Source: Candidatus Micrarchaeota archaeon CG1_02_47_40 (GTDB lineage: Archaea > Micrarchaeota > Micrarchaeia > Anstonellales > CG1-02-47-40). Taken from it: 64,000 nt of DNA. The stretch spans positions 85,120 to 149,119 of the forward strand of contig MNVE01000009.1 in the NCBI GenBank assembly GCA_001871475.1, read 5' to 3'. A program made the translations under genes and the position numbers. The notes under the pieces were generated by a model. It ran no database searches, was not told the DNA's origin, and was given only the letters and a program-made list of their open reading frames with translations. Below, one piece after another: positions 25,811 through 33,967 of the stretch. Positions within the stretch are counted from its first letter, which is position 1. Each line of letters starts with the position of its first letter.

Positions 25811-26023
25811 ATGATTTTGCCGATTGCGCCTGTTGAAAGGTTAATTAGAAATTCTGGAGCAGAGCGGGTGAGCAACGAAGCTGCAAGAGAATTAGCAGAC
25901 TTTTTGGAGAAGTATGCGATGAAGGTGGCAGCAAAAGCGCTCAAATACGCAAAGCACGCCGGAAGGAAAACGATTACAGGAGAGGACATTTACCTGGCGA
26001 TTGGGGAAATGAAGAACGAATAA
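25811..26023 (+). CDS. Archaeal histone (HMf family)
   Basis: LPIAPVERLIRNSGAERVSNEAARELADFLEKYAMKVAAKALKYAKHAGRKTITGEDIYLAI is a canonical histone fold. GGTGAGG lies upstream of the ATG. Confidence 0.9.
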   Translation: MILPIAPVERLIRNSGAERVSNEAARELADFLEKYAMKVAAKALKYAKHAGRKTITGEDIYLAIGEMKNE

Positions 26024-26173
26024 AAAATGGGGAGACTGAGATTTGAAGTTCTGGAGTTTCTTATTTCTAAAAAACCCTCTCAGATCGCCAGGTCCCAAAC
26101 CTGGAAGCTTACCAGATTGGCCCATCTCCCCGTAAGGGTAGTTTTCGCATTTTAGAGGATATAAAGATTTGGT

Positions 26174-26578
26174 TTACGAATTTCTCCTCCTCTCAAGCAC
26201 AAAAACATCCAAAACCTTTTTCAGGAAAAATCCTTTCTTCAGATAAAGCAGTATTGCCGGGTTTGTCATCTTCACCTTCAGCACTATCTGCCCTGCACCC
26301 ATCCCCTCGCAGAATTCGATTGCCAAATCAGCCAGTTTATTTCCAATTCCCTTCCCACGAAATTCAGGCAGCACTCCCAAGCCCTGCAGGATATACTCTC
26401 CCTTCTTGGCACGCATTGCATGCGCAAAGCCTATAATTTGTTTCCCCTTCTTTGCAAAAAAGTAGGAATTGTTTTCATCAAACTCAAGAAGCGCTTCCGG
26501 AAATATCTCGAGTATGACCGCACCTATGTCGCAGAAATCCTCCTCATCCTCTATTTTTCCAAAAGTAATTTCTTCCAT
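26174..26578 (-). CDS. GNAT family N-acetyltransferase
   Basis: LQGLGVLPEFRGKGIGNKLADLAIEFC (acetyl-CoA-binding motif A, R/QxxGxG). Confidence 0.75.
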   Translation of the reverse strand: MEEITFGKIEDEEDFCDIGAVILEIFPEALLEFDENNSYFFAKKGKQIIGFAHAMRAKKGEYILQGLGVLPEFRGKGIGNKLADLAIEFCEGMGAGQIVLKVKMTNPAILLYLKKGFFLKKVLDVFVLERRRNS

Positions 26579-26579
26579 G

Positions 26580-27218
26580 TTATATTCTGATGAAATTTAC
26601 CTTTATATCCTCTTCAATTATTATTTCAGCGGCAGAGAGATGCTCCGCAGGCCCGAGCTTCACTATTGTCGTTTCGTTGTGCAGTTTCTTTCCCTGGTGC
26701 TCGTGTACGTGTGCGCAGATGCACAGGATGGGCTTTTTCTCATCTATTGCCTTTCGCACGGAGGCGCTTCCAACATGCACCCCTCCACCTACAGTATCAA
26801 AAAAGCCGAAAGGAGGAGGATGTGAAAGAAGGATGGAAAATTCGTCAATGCGTGCTGCTTGCAGGTATTTTGCAATCGTCTCCTCCTTGTATTCCGTGGG
26901 TGTGCCAAAAGGCGTAGGGTTTGAGCCTCCCAAACCTGCCACATTCCATTCCCCTAATTTTATCTTTTTGCAGTGCGCCGAAACTCCCTTTTGCTCAAGA
27001 AGCTGCTGCACTGGAAATGGGTCCATGTTGCCGTGCACCGCAATCAGTTTATCTCCCACTAGGCCGATAAGCTCTTCCGCATAAGAGATGGGGCCGTTGT
27101 TGGTGATGTCGCCTGCGACAAGTATCTTGTCGTAATTATTCCGCCTCATGAGTATTACGCGCAATCTGTCAAGCACAAGTTCGCTTGCGTGCAAATCAGC
27201 CAATGCAAGGAATCTCAT
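26580..27218 (-). CDS. Metallophosphoesterase (calcineurin-like, MJ0936/YfcE-type)
   Basis: LALADLH, VAGDITNNG, AVHGNMD, LLSHPPP and CAHVHEH metal-ligand motifs. Confidence 0.75.
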   Translation of the reverse strand: MRFLALADLHASELVLDRLRVILMRRNNYDKILVAGDITNNGPISYAEELIGLVGDKLIAVHGNMDPFPVQQLLEQKGVSAHCKKIKLGEWNVAGLGGSNPTPFGTPTEYKEETIAKYLQAARIDEFSILLSHPPPFGFFDTVGGGVHVGSASVRKAIDEKKPILCICAHVHEHQGKKLHNETTIVKLGPAEHLSAAEIIIEEDIKVNFIRI

Positions 27219-27234
27219 GTGTCACACCGTTTTC

Positions 27235-28017
27235 TTACTTCGTTTTTAGCTCGTTGAACCTTCTCTCAAAATCCTCCTTGAGCTTTTGCGCGATGAAATT
27301 TCCGCTGAAAGCGTCTGCGCGGGCAGCCATGGCTATTTTCGCTGAAAGCGCGCGCGCAATCTTCCCCCTTATCTTCTTTGTGGAGGAGGAAATTGAGTAA
27401 TGCTGGAAAATCACTCCGTGCTTTGGGGATTTTGCCCCGCCGCGCAGGTGCTTGAAAAGCGCCTTTGTGGCGCCTATAACCTGTATTGTGCTTGCGGGCA
27501 TCAGCGCGAGCTTTTGCAGGCTTCCCGCCTGCGCAACCAGCTTTGCTGCCAAAGCCGGCTCCACAAGATGGGAGAGGTTCGGGCAAAGCTCCTTTGCAAT
27601 CGCATTCTGGTAGGTTTCCACCCGTGTGCGCAATTCAAGAAGGGAGAGAATGTTCCCTGAAAGCGCGCGCGTCTCCTCCAAATCGGCTATTGAGAAGTCC
27701 GCCCCCATGGAATTTTTCGCGCGGTTGAATATTGACTGCGCGCTCTTTTGCCCTGCCGCACCCGCAATTATTTCCATGTCTGGATTTTTCCTGTCAAGCA
27801 CCAGAACTAAATTGCAGTACCCCTTCACGTCGTTCATTCTCAATTCGGGAAAGTAAAGCCCGTACCATTCAGTTAATTTTTCGTACATTACGTTTATACA
27901 CTTGTCAAGTTCGTTGGCGGCGGAAACCGTCTGGCACAGGAGAAGGTCGCGGCTTGAAACCGCCTTTACTACCGCTCCCCTTGCCCGCTGCATGTATTTA
28001 TCCCTATTAAACATCAA
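27235..28017 (-). CDS. nop5: Nop5 (Nop56/58) box C/D RNP core protein with coiled-coil plus Nop domain only; the N-terminal fibrillarin-binding domain is missing
   Basis: LTEWYGLYFPEL, LVEPALAAKLVAQAGSLQKLALMPASTIQVIGATKALFKHL...PKHGVIFQH, ARALSAKIAMAARADAF. It is only 260 aa and no ORF continues upstream. Confidence 0.8.
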   Translation of the reverse strand: MMFNRDKYMQRARGAVVKAVSSRDLLLCQTVSAANELDKCINVMYEKLTEWYGLYFPELRMNDVKGYCNLVLVLDRKNPDMEIIAGAAGQKSAQSIFNRAKNSMGADFSIADLEETRALSGNILSLLELRTRVETYQNAIAKELCPNLSHLVEPALAAKLVAQAGSLQKLALMPASTIQVIGATKALFKHLRGGAKSPKHGVIFQHYSISSSTKKIRGKIARALSAKIAMAARADAFSGNFIAQKLKEDFERRFNELKTK

Positions 28018-28097
28018 AATCGACCTCCTTATCCTCCCTTATTCCACTGCGCGTATTAATGCGGAAGTAAGGTATAAAAAACCGAGAGGTTTTTAGA

Positions 28098-28189
28098 TTT
28101 GCAAGTTTTTCCGAAACTTGCAAAATTTTGAAAAAGCGCGGAGCAGCCGCCCATAAGCGCTTTTTCAAATGTTTTGCCCGGAGGGCAAA
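28098..28189. promoter_or_regulatory. Cluster of three strong hairpins between the divergent nop5 and glyS starts
   Basis: TTTGCAAGTTT-ttccg-AAACTTGCAAA (28098-28124). TTGAAAAAGCGC...GCGCTTTTTCAA (28128-28168, 12-bp stem). TTTGCCC-gga-GGGCAAA (28173-28189). Confidence 0.5.
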
Positions 28190-29727
28190 CAGATAAATAC
28201 ATACTCTTTCAAATTTCTTGCCTTATGAAACTGCACGAAAGATTGATGGAAATTGCGCTAAACCGCTCATTTCTCATTCCCTCCTGCGAGATATACGGAA
28301 CGGTGGGAGGGTTTTATGATTACGGGCCGGTAGGGTGCTTATTGAAAAGGAAGATAGAGGAGCGCTTTAGGCAGTTTTTCATAAAAAAGGACGGCTTTTT
28401 TGAGATAGAAACATGCTCTGTTCTTCCCCTGCCCGTTCTGGAAGCATCCGGACATGCGAAAAATTTTGCAGACCCGATGATAAAGTGCAAAAAATGCGAG
28501 GGAGAATTTAAAGCGGATGAACTTGTGAAAGGTGTTTGGGAAAAGCCGGAGGAGCTTTCAAAATTGCTTAAGCAGGAGAAAATTGCCTGCCCAAACTGCC
28601 AGAGCACGGAGATTGAGCCTGCCGGCTGGTTCAACCTTATGTTCAAGACGAATGTGGGGCCTGTTGAAGGAAATACCGCATACTTCCGCCCTGAAACCGC
28701 GCAGGGGATTTTCCTTGATTTTTCCCGCGTGTTCAGGAACCATGGGACAAAACTGCCCCTTTGCATAGGGCAGGTGGGGCACAGCTTTCGCAATGAAATT
28801 TCCCCGAGAAAGGGGATTATACGCCTGCGTGAATTCACGCAGATGGAAATGGAATACTTCTTTGACCCGGAGAATGACAAAATAGACGGGTTTGCCGGGG
28901 TTGAGCATGAACAGATGCGCATAATGGTCGCAGGCAGTGAAAGGATGCAGAAGATGAGCATAAAGGAGGCGGTGAAGAAGAAAATTATACCGAATGAAAT
29001 AATGGCTTATTTTATTGCAAAGCAGATGCGCTTTTACATTGCACTTGGAATCCCGTATGAGAAATTCTATTTTAAGAAGATGGGAAAGAAGGATACGCCG
29101 CACTATTCGCGCGGAAATATTGATTTGGAGGTGGAAACCTCTTTTGGCGCGATTGAAACTGTCGGAAATGCTTACAGGACTGATTTTGATTTGTCTTCCC
29201 ATTCCGCAAAAAGCGGGGTGGATTTGAAAGTATTTATAGAGAAGGAAAATGGAAATGGGGAAGGAAAAAGTGAAGGAAGAAAAGTGATGCCCCATGTTGT
29301 TGAGCCTTCAATGGGAGTGGATAGGCTATTTTGGTGCATTTTGGAGCATACTTTCCGTGAAAAGGGGAATGGAAAGGAGTGGGAGTGGTTTGACATTCCC
29401 CCTATAATTGCGCCTTACTCCTGTGCAGTTTATCCCTTAATGAAGAAGGATGGGATGGCTGAAAAGGCGCGGGCGGTGGTTGCGGCTTTACGGGAAGAGG
29501 GAATTGATGCCGCGTATGGGGAGTCCGGCTCTATTGGAAGGAGGTATGCGCGCGCTGATGAGATTGGCACTCCTTATTGCTTTACTGTTGATTATGATAC
29601 TCTGAAAGATGATACGGTTACGATTAGGTATAGGAATGATGGGGGGCAGGAGAGGGTGAAAATAAGCGAGGTTTGCGGGATTGTTAAAGAGAATTTGAAG
29701 AAGGGAAGGGTAAAGCTAAACGGATAG
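28174..29727 (+). CDS. glyS: Glycyl-tRNA synthetase, archaeal/eukaryotic alpha2 type; likely start at Met18, position 28225
   Basis: FLIPSCEIYGTVGGFYDYGPVG, YFRPETAQGIF, FRNEISPRKGIIRLREFTQMEMEYF, VVEPSMGVDRLF. Confidence 0.9.
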   Translation: MPGGQTDKYILFQISCLMKLHERLMEIALNRSFLIPSCEIYGTVGGFYDYGPVGCLLKRKIEERFRQFFIKKDGFFEIETCSVLPLPVLEASGHAKNFADPMIKCKKCEGEFKADELVKGVWEKPEELSKLLKQEKIACPNCQSTEIEPAGWFNLMFKTNVGPVEGNTAYFRPETAQGIFLDFSRVFRNHGTKLPLCIGQVGHSFRNEISPRKGIIRLREFTQMEMEYFFDPENDKIDGFAGVEHEQMRIMVAGSERMQKMSIKEAVKKKIIPNEIMAYFIAKQMRFYIALGIPYEKFYFKKMGKKDTPHYSRGNIDLEVETSFGAIETVGNAYRTDFDLSSHSAKSGVDLKVFIEKENGNGEGKSEGRKVMPHVVEPSMGVDRLFWCILEHTFREKGNGKEWEWFDIPPIIAPYSCAVYPLMKKDGMAEKARAVVAALREEGIDAAYGESGSIGRRYARADEIGTPYCFTVDYDTLKDDTVTIRYRNDGGQERVKISEVCGIVKENLKKGRVKLNG

Positions 29728-29748
29728 GGCGGCTTCTTCAAAAACCCC

Positions 29749-30444
29749 TCACCTCTCAAACGCCGTTACAAAGTTTATTATCAGCGTTTTTGATATTCTG
29801 CTTTTTGCTCCTTCAAGCGAGGAAAAATCTTCGCTTGTAATTTGCAGGACCGGAGGATGCGCATTTTTCGCTTCTTTCAGTTTTTTTATGCACTCCCTCC
29901 ATCTTTCATTATCGGCAGGTGCGAGGAAGCCTTGCTCCTTCAAGAAATTCATGATTTCCTGCTTTGCGATGCGGCTTTGGGTTGTTAAAGCGCGGCTTGC
30001 AAACTGGCTTAATGCAGGAATATGAAAATCGTTGGTAGTGAATAATCCGGAATCACGGAGGCTCCCACGGAGGGACTTGATTGCCTCTTCAATCTGCGCA
30101 AATTCCCCTGCCCATTCCAAAATCACGTTCCAGCCTATCCTCTCTCCGTTTAGCGTTATTGTGACTGCTCCATCTTTTGGACTTTGGGGGGCTTGCCCGG
30201 TTTCTGCCTTTTTTGTTTTCTTCTCGGGTTTAATTGCACTCTCAACAAGCGGCTCTTGTGTATGCATTCCCTTCTGCGCCCAGTGATTTCCAAGTTTGCG
30301 GGAAAATTCGTACCCTGGGTGTATGTGGGAGCCGCGCTTCCTGTGGCGGTTGTTTGTGATGCGGCTTTGATTTCCCAAAATCTGTTTTGTAGTATGACCA
30401 AAATTGGGAAGTTGAGAATGCGCCATCTGGTTCCCTCCAAACAT
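29749..30444 (-). CDS. Hypothetical protein
   Basis: Protein-like 231-aa ORF with no recognised motif. Confidence 0.5.
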   Translation of the reverse strand: MFGGNQMAHSQLPNFGHTTKQILGNQSRITNNRHRKRGSHIHPGYEFSRKLGNHWAQKGMHTQEPLVESAIKPEKKTKKAETGQAPQSPKDGAVTITLNGERIGWNVILEWAGEFAQIEEAIKSLRGSLRDSGLFTTNDFHIPALSQFASRALTTQSRIAKQEIMNFLKEQGFLAPADNERWRECIKKLKEAKNAHPPVLQITSEDFSSLEGAKSRISKTLIINFVTAFER

Positions 30445-30536
30445 AAGTTGTTTTATCTATATATGGATGAAAGGATATTTAAAGTTATTTCAAGGGGGTT
30501 GGCGTGAGAAAAATAAGCCATGAGTGAAGGAAGGAG

Positions 30537-30620
30537 TGTACTATAGATGATACAAAAAAGGATAGTTTTTGTATTATGGATAATACAGATTTGGGCGTTT
30601 TTTGTATTATGGACGATGCG
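30537..30620. promoter_or_regulatory. Three 33-bp-phased copies of the palindrome TGTATTAT-NN-ATAATACA (operator-like)
   Basis: tgtactatagatgataca (30537), tgtattatggataataca (30570, perfect 8-bp arms), tgtattatggacgatgcg (30603). They lie in a divergent intergenic region. Confidence 0.65.
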
Positions 30621-30667
30621 CTTTGACTGGAATGAAGGTTTATATACATAATTAAAGTAAGGAAAGC

Positions 30668-30982
30668 ATGGCAAAAAGAGCTGTGGCTAAACCCGCGCAA
30701 AAACAGACTGCAAAAGACCCAAAGGTCGCTTTGGTGCTTGGAATCTTCGGAACGCTTCTTTTTGGATTGCTTCCCTCGCTTGGGATGTATTACATTGGAA
30801 AGAAAAAGCGCGCAATAGTTTGGAATGTCATTTACTGGGTAGTGGCAGGCATTATGGCCCTTCTTGGGAGCATCTGCTGCTTTCCGTGGCTGATTATCCC
30901 GATATTTGCAATAGTTATCATATATGACACTTACAAGATAGCAAAAGGGGAAAAGGAAATTTTGCCAAAAGTTTTGGAGTGA
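30668..30982 (+). CDS. Small membrane protein (2-3 TM)
   Basis: VALVLGIFGTLLFGLLPSLGMYYIG...VIYWVVAGIMALLGSICCFPWLIIPIFAIVIIY. Confidence 0.6.
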   Translation: MAKRAVAKPAQKQTAKDPKVALVLGIFGTLLFGLLPSLGMYYIGKKKRAIVWNVIYWVVAGIMALLGSICCFPWLIIPIFAIVIIYDTYKIAKGEKEILPKVLE

Positions 30983-31377
30983 TTTTTATGCAAATAACCG
31001 AAAGCGCCGACAACGTGCAGGCGGGCATTTCCGCATTGATAGGGGGGATAGTTGGAGGCTTGCTTGGGGGATTGTGCTGCTGTTTATTGCAGATATTCGG
31101 CGGCGCGATTTCAGCCGCTGCATTGCGCTTTCAGCACGGAGGGCCGATTTCCCTCAAGGACGGCGCGGTAATTGGGGCGCTCGGCGGGTTGGTTGCGGGA
31201 ATTTTTGGGGGCATGCTCGCTGGCGGAGTAGCATATATGGGATACAGCTGGCTGAACCTTATCGGGGTTGTCAGCGACAAGACGATACTTGGAGCGGTTG
31301 GCTTTGTTCTTAGCGTGCCTGCGGGCATTCTTCTTGGAGCGCTTGGCGGCGTGCTGGTCGCGAAAATCTACCAGTGA
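30979..31377 (+). CDS. Glycine-rich small membrane protein
   Basis: ATGA overlap with the preceding gene. Repeated GGxxGG hydrophobic segments (LIGGIVGGLLGGLCCCLLQIFGGA...). Confidence 0.55.
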   Translation: MIFMQITESADNVQAGISALIGGIVGGLLGGLCCCLLQIFGGAISAAALRFQHGGPISLKDGAVIGALGGLVAGIFGGMLAGGVAYMGYSWLNLIGVVSDKTILGAVGFVLSVPAGILLGALGGVLVAKIYQ

Positions 31378-31380
31378 AGC

Positions 31381-32733
31381 TTATACGGAAACGACGCTGT
31401 CCGTTGAGGAGATGTATAAATAGAGGTTATTCGTGTCCTTGCTGTAATTATACATGTAATCTTCGTGCGCGTTGTATCTTTCAAGCACCTTCTTGCGGAA
31501 TTGTTCGTTTGTTTTAAGGTCTTCTTTTTTCCAATTTCCCTTCCCGCCCCATTCTTCTTCGTTTAGAACCGCTATTTTGAGCAGAATGGTTTCAGCGGCG
31601 GAGATTGAATTGTTCAATATGCTGCTTTTGGCTTTTTGAAGGCTCGTTATAGGGGCTTCCAAGCCGAAGGGGAGCATGTCCTGCACCCTCCCAAGCCAGT
31701 AATTGTTTTTCAATTCGGAGATTGACGAGGAGGAAGTCAACTGCCATGGCCCCTTGCCGTTGTACCCCGAAATGTCCCTGAACTGCGTTTCCCTGGATGC
31801 TATTGAAAGCATGAATTCCGCAGAAATGCCAAAAAAACGCTCAATGAAATAGGAGGATGCGATTATTTCAAAAAGCTCCTCCTTGGTTCCTTTTGGGGAG
31901 TATCTGCTCCTGACCCATTCATACTTTTTTTCAGAAAGCTCCCGCAGATTCCAGAGGTTCCGAGCCGTTGCATTTATGCTTTCAAAAGCATTGTTGAGAT
32001 TGGCGCACGCGTTTTCTGCACTGATGCCGTTTGCGATGCAGTATTCGCCAAGCGAGGCGATGAAACTCTGCGCCTTTTCCGCCCCTATCTCGCGCGAAAG
32101 CCTTTTTTCAAGAAGCTGTGATGGAGAGGGGGCTTCTTCAGGTTTTTGCGCTGGCGGTTTTTTCGGAACCAGCTTCCTATACCGGTCGGCTTCTTCTGCC
32201 AACCGCAGGCAATCATAATAATTTTTTCCGCGCCGTATGGGCCTTTTTGCCGGCGGTGGCTTCCCATGGTGCATTGGAGTTGAGTTTAGGAAAGGAGTGT
32301 TTCCGGCTGATTTCGCGGCTTGCGCACTGCCTATCTCCTCCTTCCGGGCTTGGCTGCGGGCTTTTTCCGCTTCCCTCTTTGCAGGCAGGTATTCGTTGAG
32401 GTATTTTGCAATTGCCGCCTTTGTCTGCTCCCCGTATATTCCGTCCGCCCTTATCTTGAAAAGAGCCTGCGCTTCCATCAGCGCCTTTTTTGTCTTTTCC
32501 CCGAGCCAGCCGTCCTCCTTTATGCTTTCCCTGCCTTCTGCGGTTAGGATGGAGTTCAGCTGCTTTTGCAGAGCCCGTATCTGGTCGCTTGAAGTCAGCA
32601 ATATGGCTTTGCATTTTTCCTTTGGGGGGACGAATTCCATGAAAGCTTTTTTGAGGCAAATGTTTTTTAAAGGGAAGCAGGCATAATACGCTGTATTCAA
32701 CCTTATTCTAATAGATAAGGCCGATGAAACCAA
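31381..32733 (-). CDS. Peptidoglycan-binding (PG_binding_1-like) plus lytic-transglycosylase (SLT)-like protein; start possibly at Met32, position 32640
   Basis: PG_binding_1 pattern: LQKQLNSILTAEG...EDGWLGEKTKKALMEAQALFKIRADGIYGEQTKAAIAKYL. SLT-like: SIASRETQFRDISGYNGKGPWQLT ... ERYNAHEDY. Confidence 0.55.
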   Translation of the reverse strand: MVSSALSIRIRLNTAYYACFPLKNICLKKAFMEFVPPKEKCKAILLTSSDQIRALQKQLNSILTAEGRESIKEDGWLGEKTKKALMEAQALFKIRADGIYGEQTKAAIAKYLNEYLPAKREAEKARSQARKEEIGSAQAAKSAGNTPFLNSTPMHHGKPPPAKRPIRRGKNYYDCLRLAEEADRYRKLVPKKPPAQKPEEAPSPSQLLEKRLSREIGAEKAQSFIASLGEYCIANGISAENACANLNNAFESINATARNLWNLRELSEKKYEWVRSRYSPKGTKEELFEIIASSYFIERFFGISAEFMLSIASRETQFRDISGYNGKGPWQLTSSSSISELKNNYWLGRVQDMLPFGLEAPITSLQKAKSSILNNSISAAETILLKIAVLNEEEWGGKGNWKKEDLKTNEQFRKKVLERYNAHEDYMYNYSKDTNNLYLYISSTDSVVSV

Positions 32734-32743
32734 ATTTGGCGAG

Positions 32744-33436
32744 GTGCATAAAATGGCAGGAAAATACGTGAAGTTTCAGACTCCGCAGGCACTGCTTGAA
32801 AAGATAAAGCAGGCGCTTTCCCGCGCAAGGGAAACCGGCGGAAGGGTAAGAAAGGGAATTAACGAAGTGACAAAATGCATAGAATCCTCAAGGCCCGCCC
32901 TTGTAGTGATGGCGGAGGATGTTTCCCCGGAGGAAATAATACTGCACATTCCCATGCTCTGCGAGGAGAAGGAGTTAGTGTATGCTTACCTCCCAACAAG
33001 AGCAGAGGTTGGCGCTGCGGCAGGCTTGAACGTTCCCTGTTCGTGCGTTGCAATAGAAAAGGAGGGGCAGGCAGGCGAATTGGTAAGAGATGTGAAGGAA
33101 GGGCTTGAGCCGGTTTTCCCAAAGAAAAAGGAGGAGAAAAGAGAAGAGGCAAAGAAAGAGGAGAAGAAGGCAGAGGCAAAGCACGAAGAGAAAAAGCACG
33201 AGGAAAGGAAAGAAGGCGGAGAGAAGCCGATTGAGCAGACGAAGTCTGCGAAAGATTTGAAAGTTCCAAAGAACTTTCAAAATTTTGACGCAGAGGCGTC
33301 AAAAGTCTTGACGCAAAGCGTCAAGCAGAAAAAGCCCCACGCCCCTAAGAAGAAAAAGGAAGGCGCGCCTGCACAGGAGGAAAAAAAGGAAGCGCCGGTT
33401 GCAGCGCAGGAAGGCGCGCCCGCAGCAGGGCAGTAA
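32744..33436 (+). CDS. rpl7ae: Ribosomal protein L7Ae with a ~105-aa KE-rich C-terminal extension
   Basis: RKGINEVTKCIESSRPALVVMAEDVSPEEIILHIPMLCEEKELVYAYLPTRAEVGAAAG is the core L7Ae fold. It is followed by PKKKEEKREEAKKEEKK...AAQEGAPAAGQ. Confidence 0.85.
   Translation: MHKMAGKYVKFQTPQALLEKIKQALSRARETGGRVRKGINEVTKCIESSRPALVVMAEDVSPEEIILHIPMLCEEKELVYAYLPTRAEVGAAAGLNVPCSCVAIEKEGQAGELVRDVKEGLEPVFPKKKEEKREEAKKEEKKAEAKHEEKKHEERKEGGEKPIEQTKSAKDLKVPKNFQNFDAEASKVLTQSVKQKKPHAPKKKKEGAPAQEEKKEAPVAAQEGAPAAGQ
33283..33325. repeat. Pair of TTGAC..GTCAA hairpins inside the L7Ae coding extension
   Basis: TTTTGACGC-agag-GCGTCAAAA (33283-33304) and CTTGACGC-aaa-GCGTCAAG (33307-33325), followed by CAGAA. 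Confidence 0.75.
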
Positions 33437-33444
33437 ATTAATGG

Positions 33445-33666
33445 ATGATTTATATGGCTGAAAACGAAGCAATACGCGTTGAAGTGATGCAGATAAAGGC
33501 AAAGACAGGCATACACGGCGAGGTTTATCAGGTCATGTGCAAGGTGCTTGAAGGCAGGGACCTGGGAAGGGTAATAAGAAGGAATGTGAAGGGTCCTGTG
33601 AAGGTGGGGGATTTGCTCCTTCTTTTGGAAACCGAGAGGGAGGCAAAGGAGATTAAGGCAAGGTAA
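33445..33666 (+). CDS. rps28e: Ribosomal protein S28e
   Basis: [59 protein letters not shown]. Confidence 0.9.
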   Translation: MIYMAENEAIRVEVMQIKAKTGIHGEVYQVMCKVLEGRDLGRVIRRNVKGPVKVGDLLLLLETEREAKEIKAR

Positions 33667-33699
33667 AATTATAAGGGGCGGGAAAGCGAGGTAGATTAT

Positions 33700-33957
33700 A
33701 TGAAATCAAGCTATTCTGGAGTAGAAATGCCAAAGGGAACCGGCTTTATGTATGTGAAAAAGGATGGCACCACCCTTTATTTTGCAAACCAGAAGGAATA
33801 CCGGAACCTGCAGCTTGGCAGGGTTGGAAAAAAGCTCAAGTGGATTAGGACAAGGAAGCCGGATGGAAAGAAAGGAATGGGAGTAAAGCCTGTGGAGAGA
33901 AAGGACGTGCCAAAACCTGCGGAAAAAATTGAGCAGCAGAAATCGGAGAAAAAGTAG
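33700..33957 (+). CDS. rpl24e: Ribosomal protein L24e (variant without zinc-binding cysteines)
   Basis: SYSGVEMPKGTGFMYVKKDGTTLYFANQKEYRNL aligns with the archaeal C-x2-C...C-x2-C L24e core, but all four Cys are replaced. Confidence 0.75.
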   Translation: MKSSYSGVEMPKGTGFMYVKKDGTTLYFANQKEYRNLQLGRVGKKLKWIRTRKPDGKKGMGVKPVERKDVPKPAEKIEQQKSEKK

Positions 33958-33967
33958 GGTGAATTGA

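Noticed and set aside
26024-26173. A possible small RNA downstream of the histone gene, based on the hairpin CCAGGT-cccaa-ACCTGG.
   Set aside because: There is a single short hairpin and no promoter or terminator signature or conserved motif. It is more likely a 3' UTR or terminator region.
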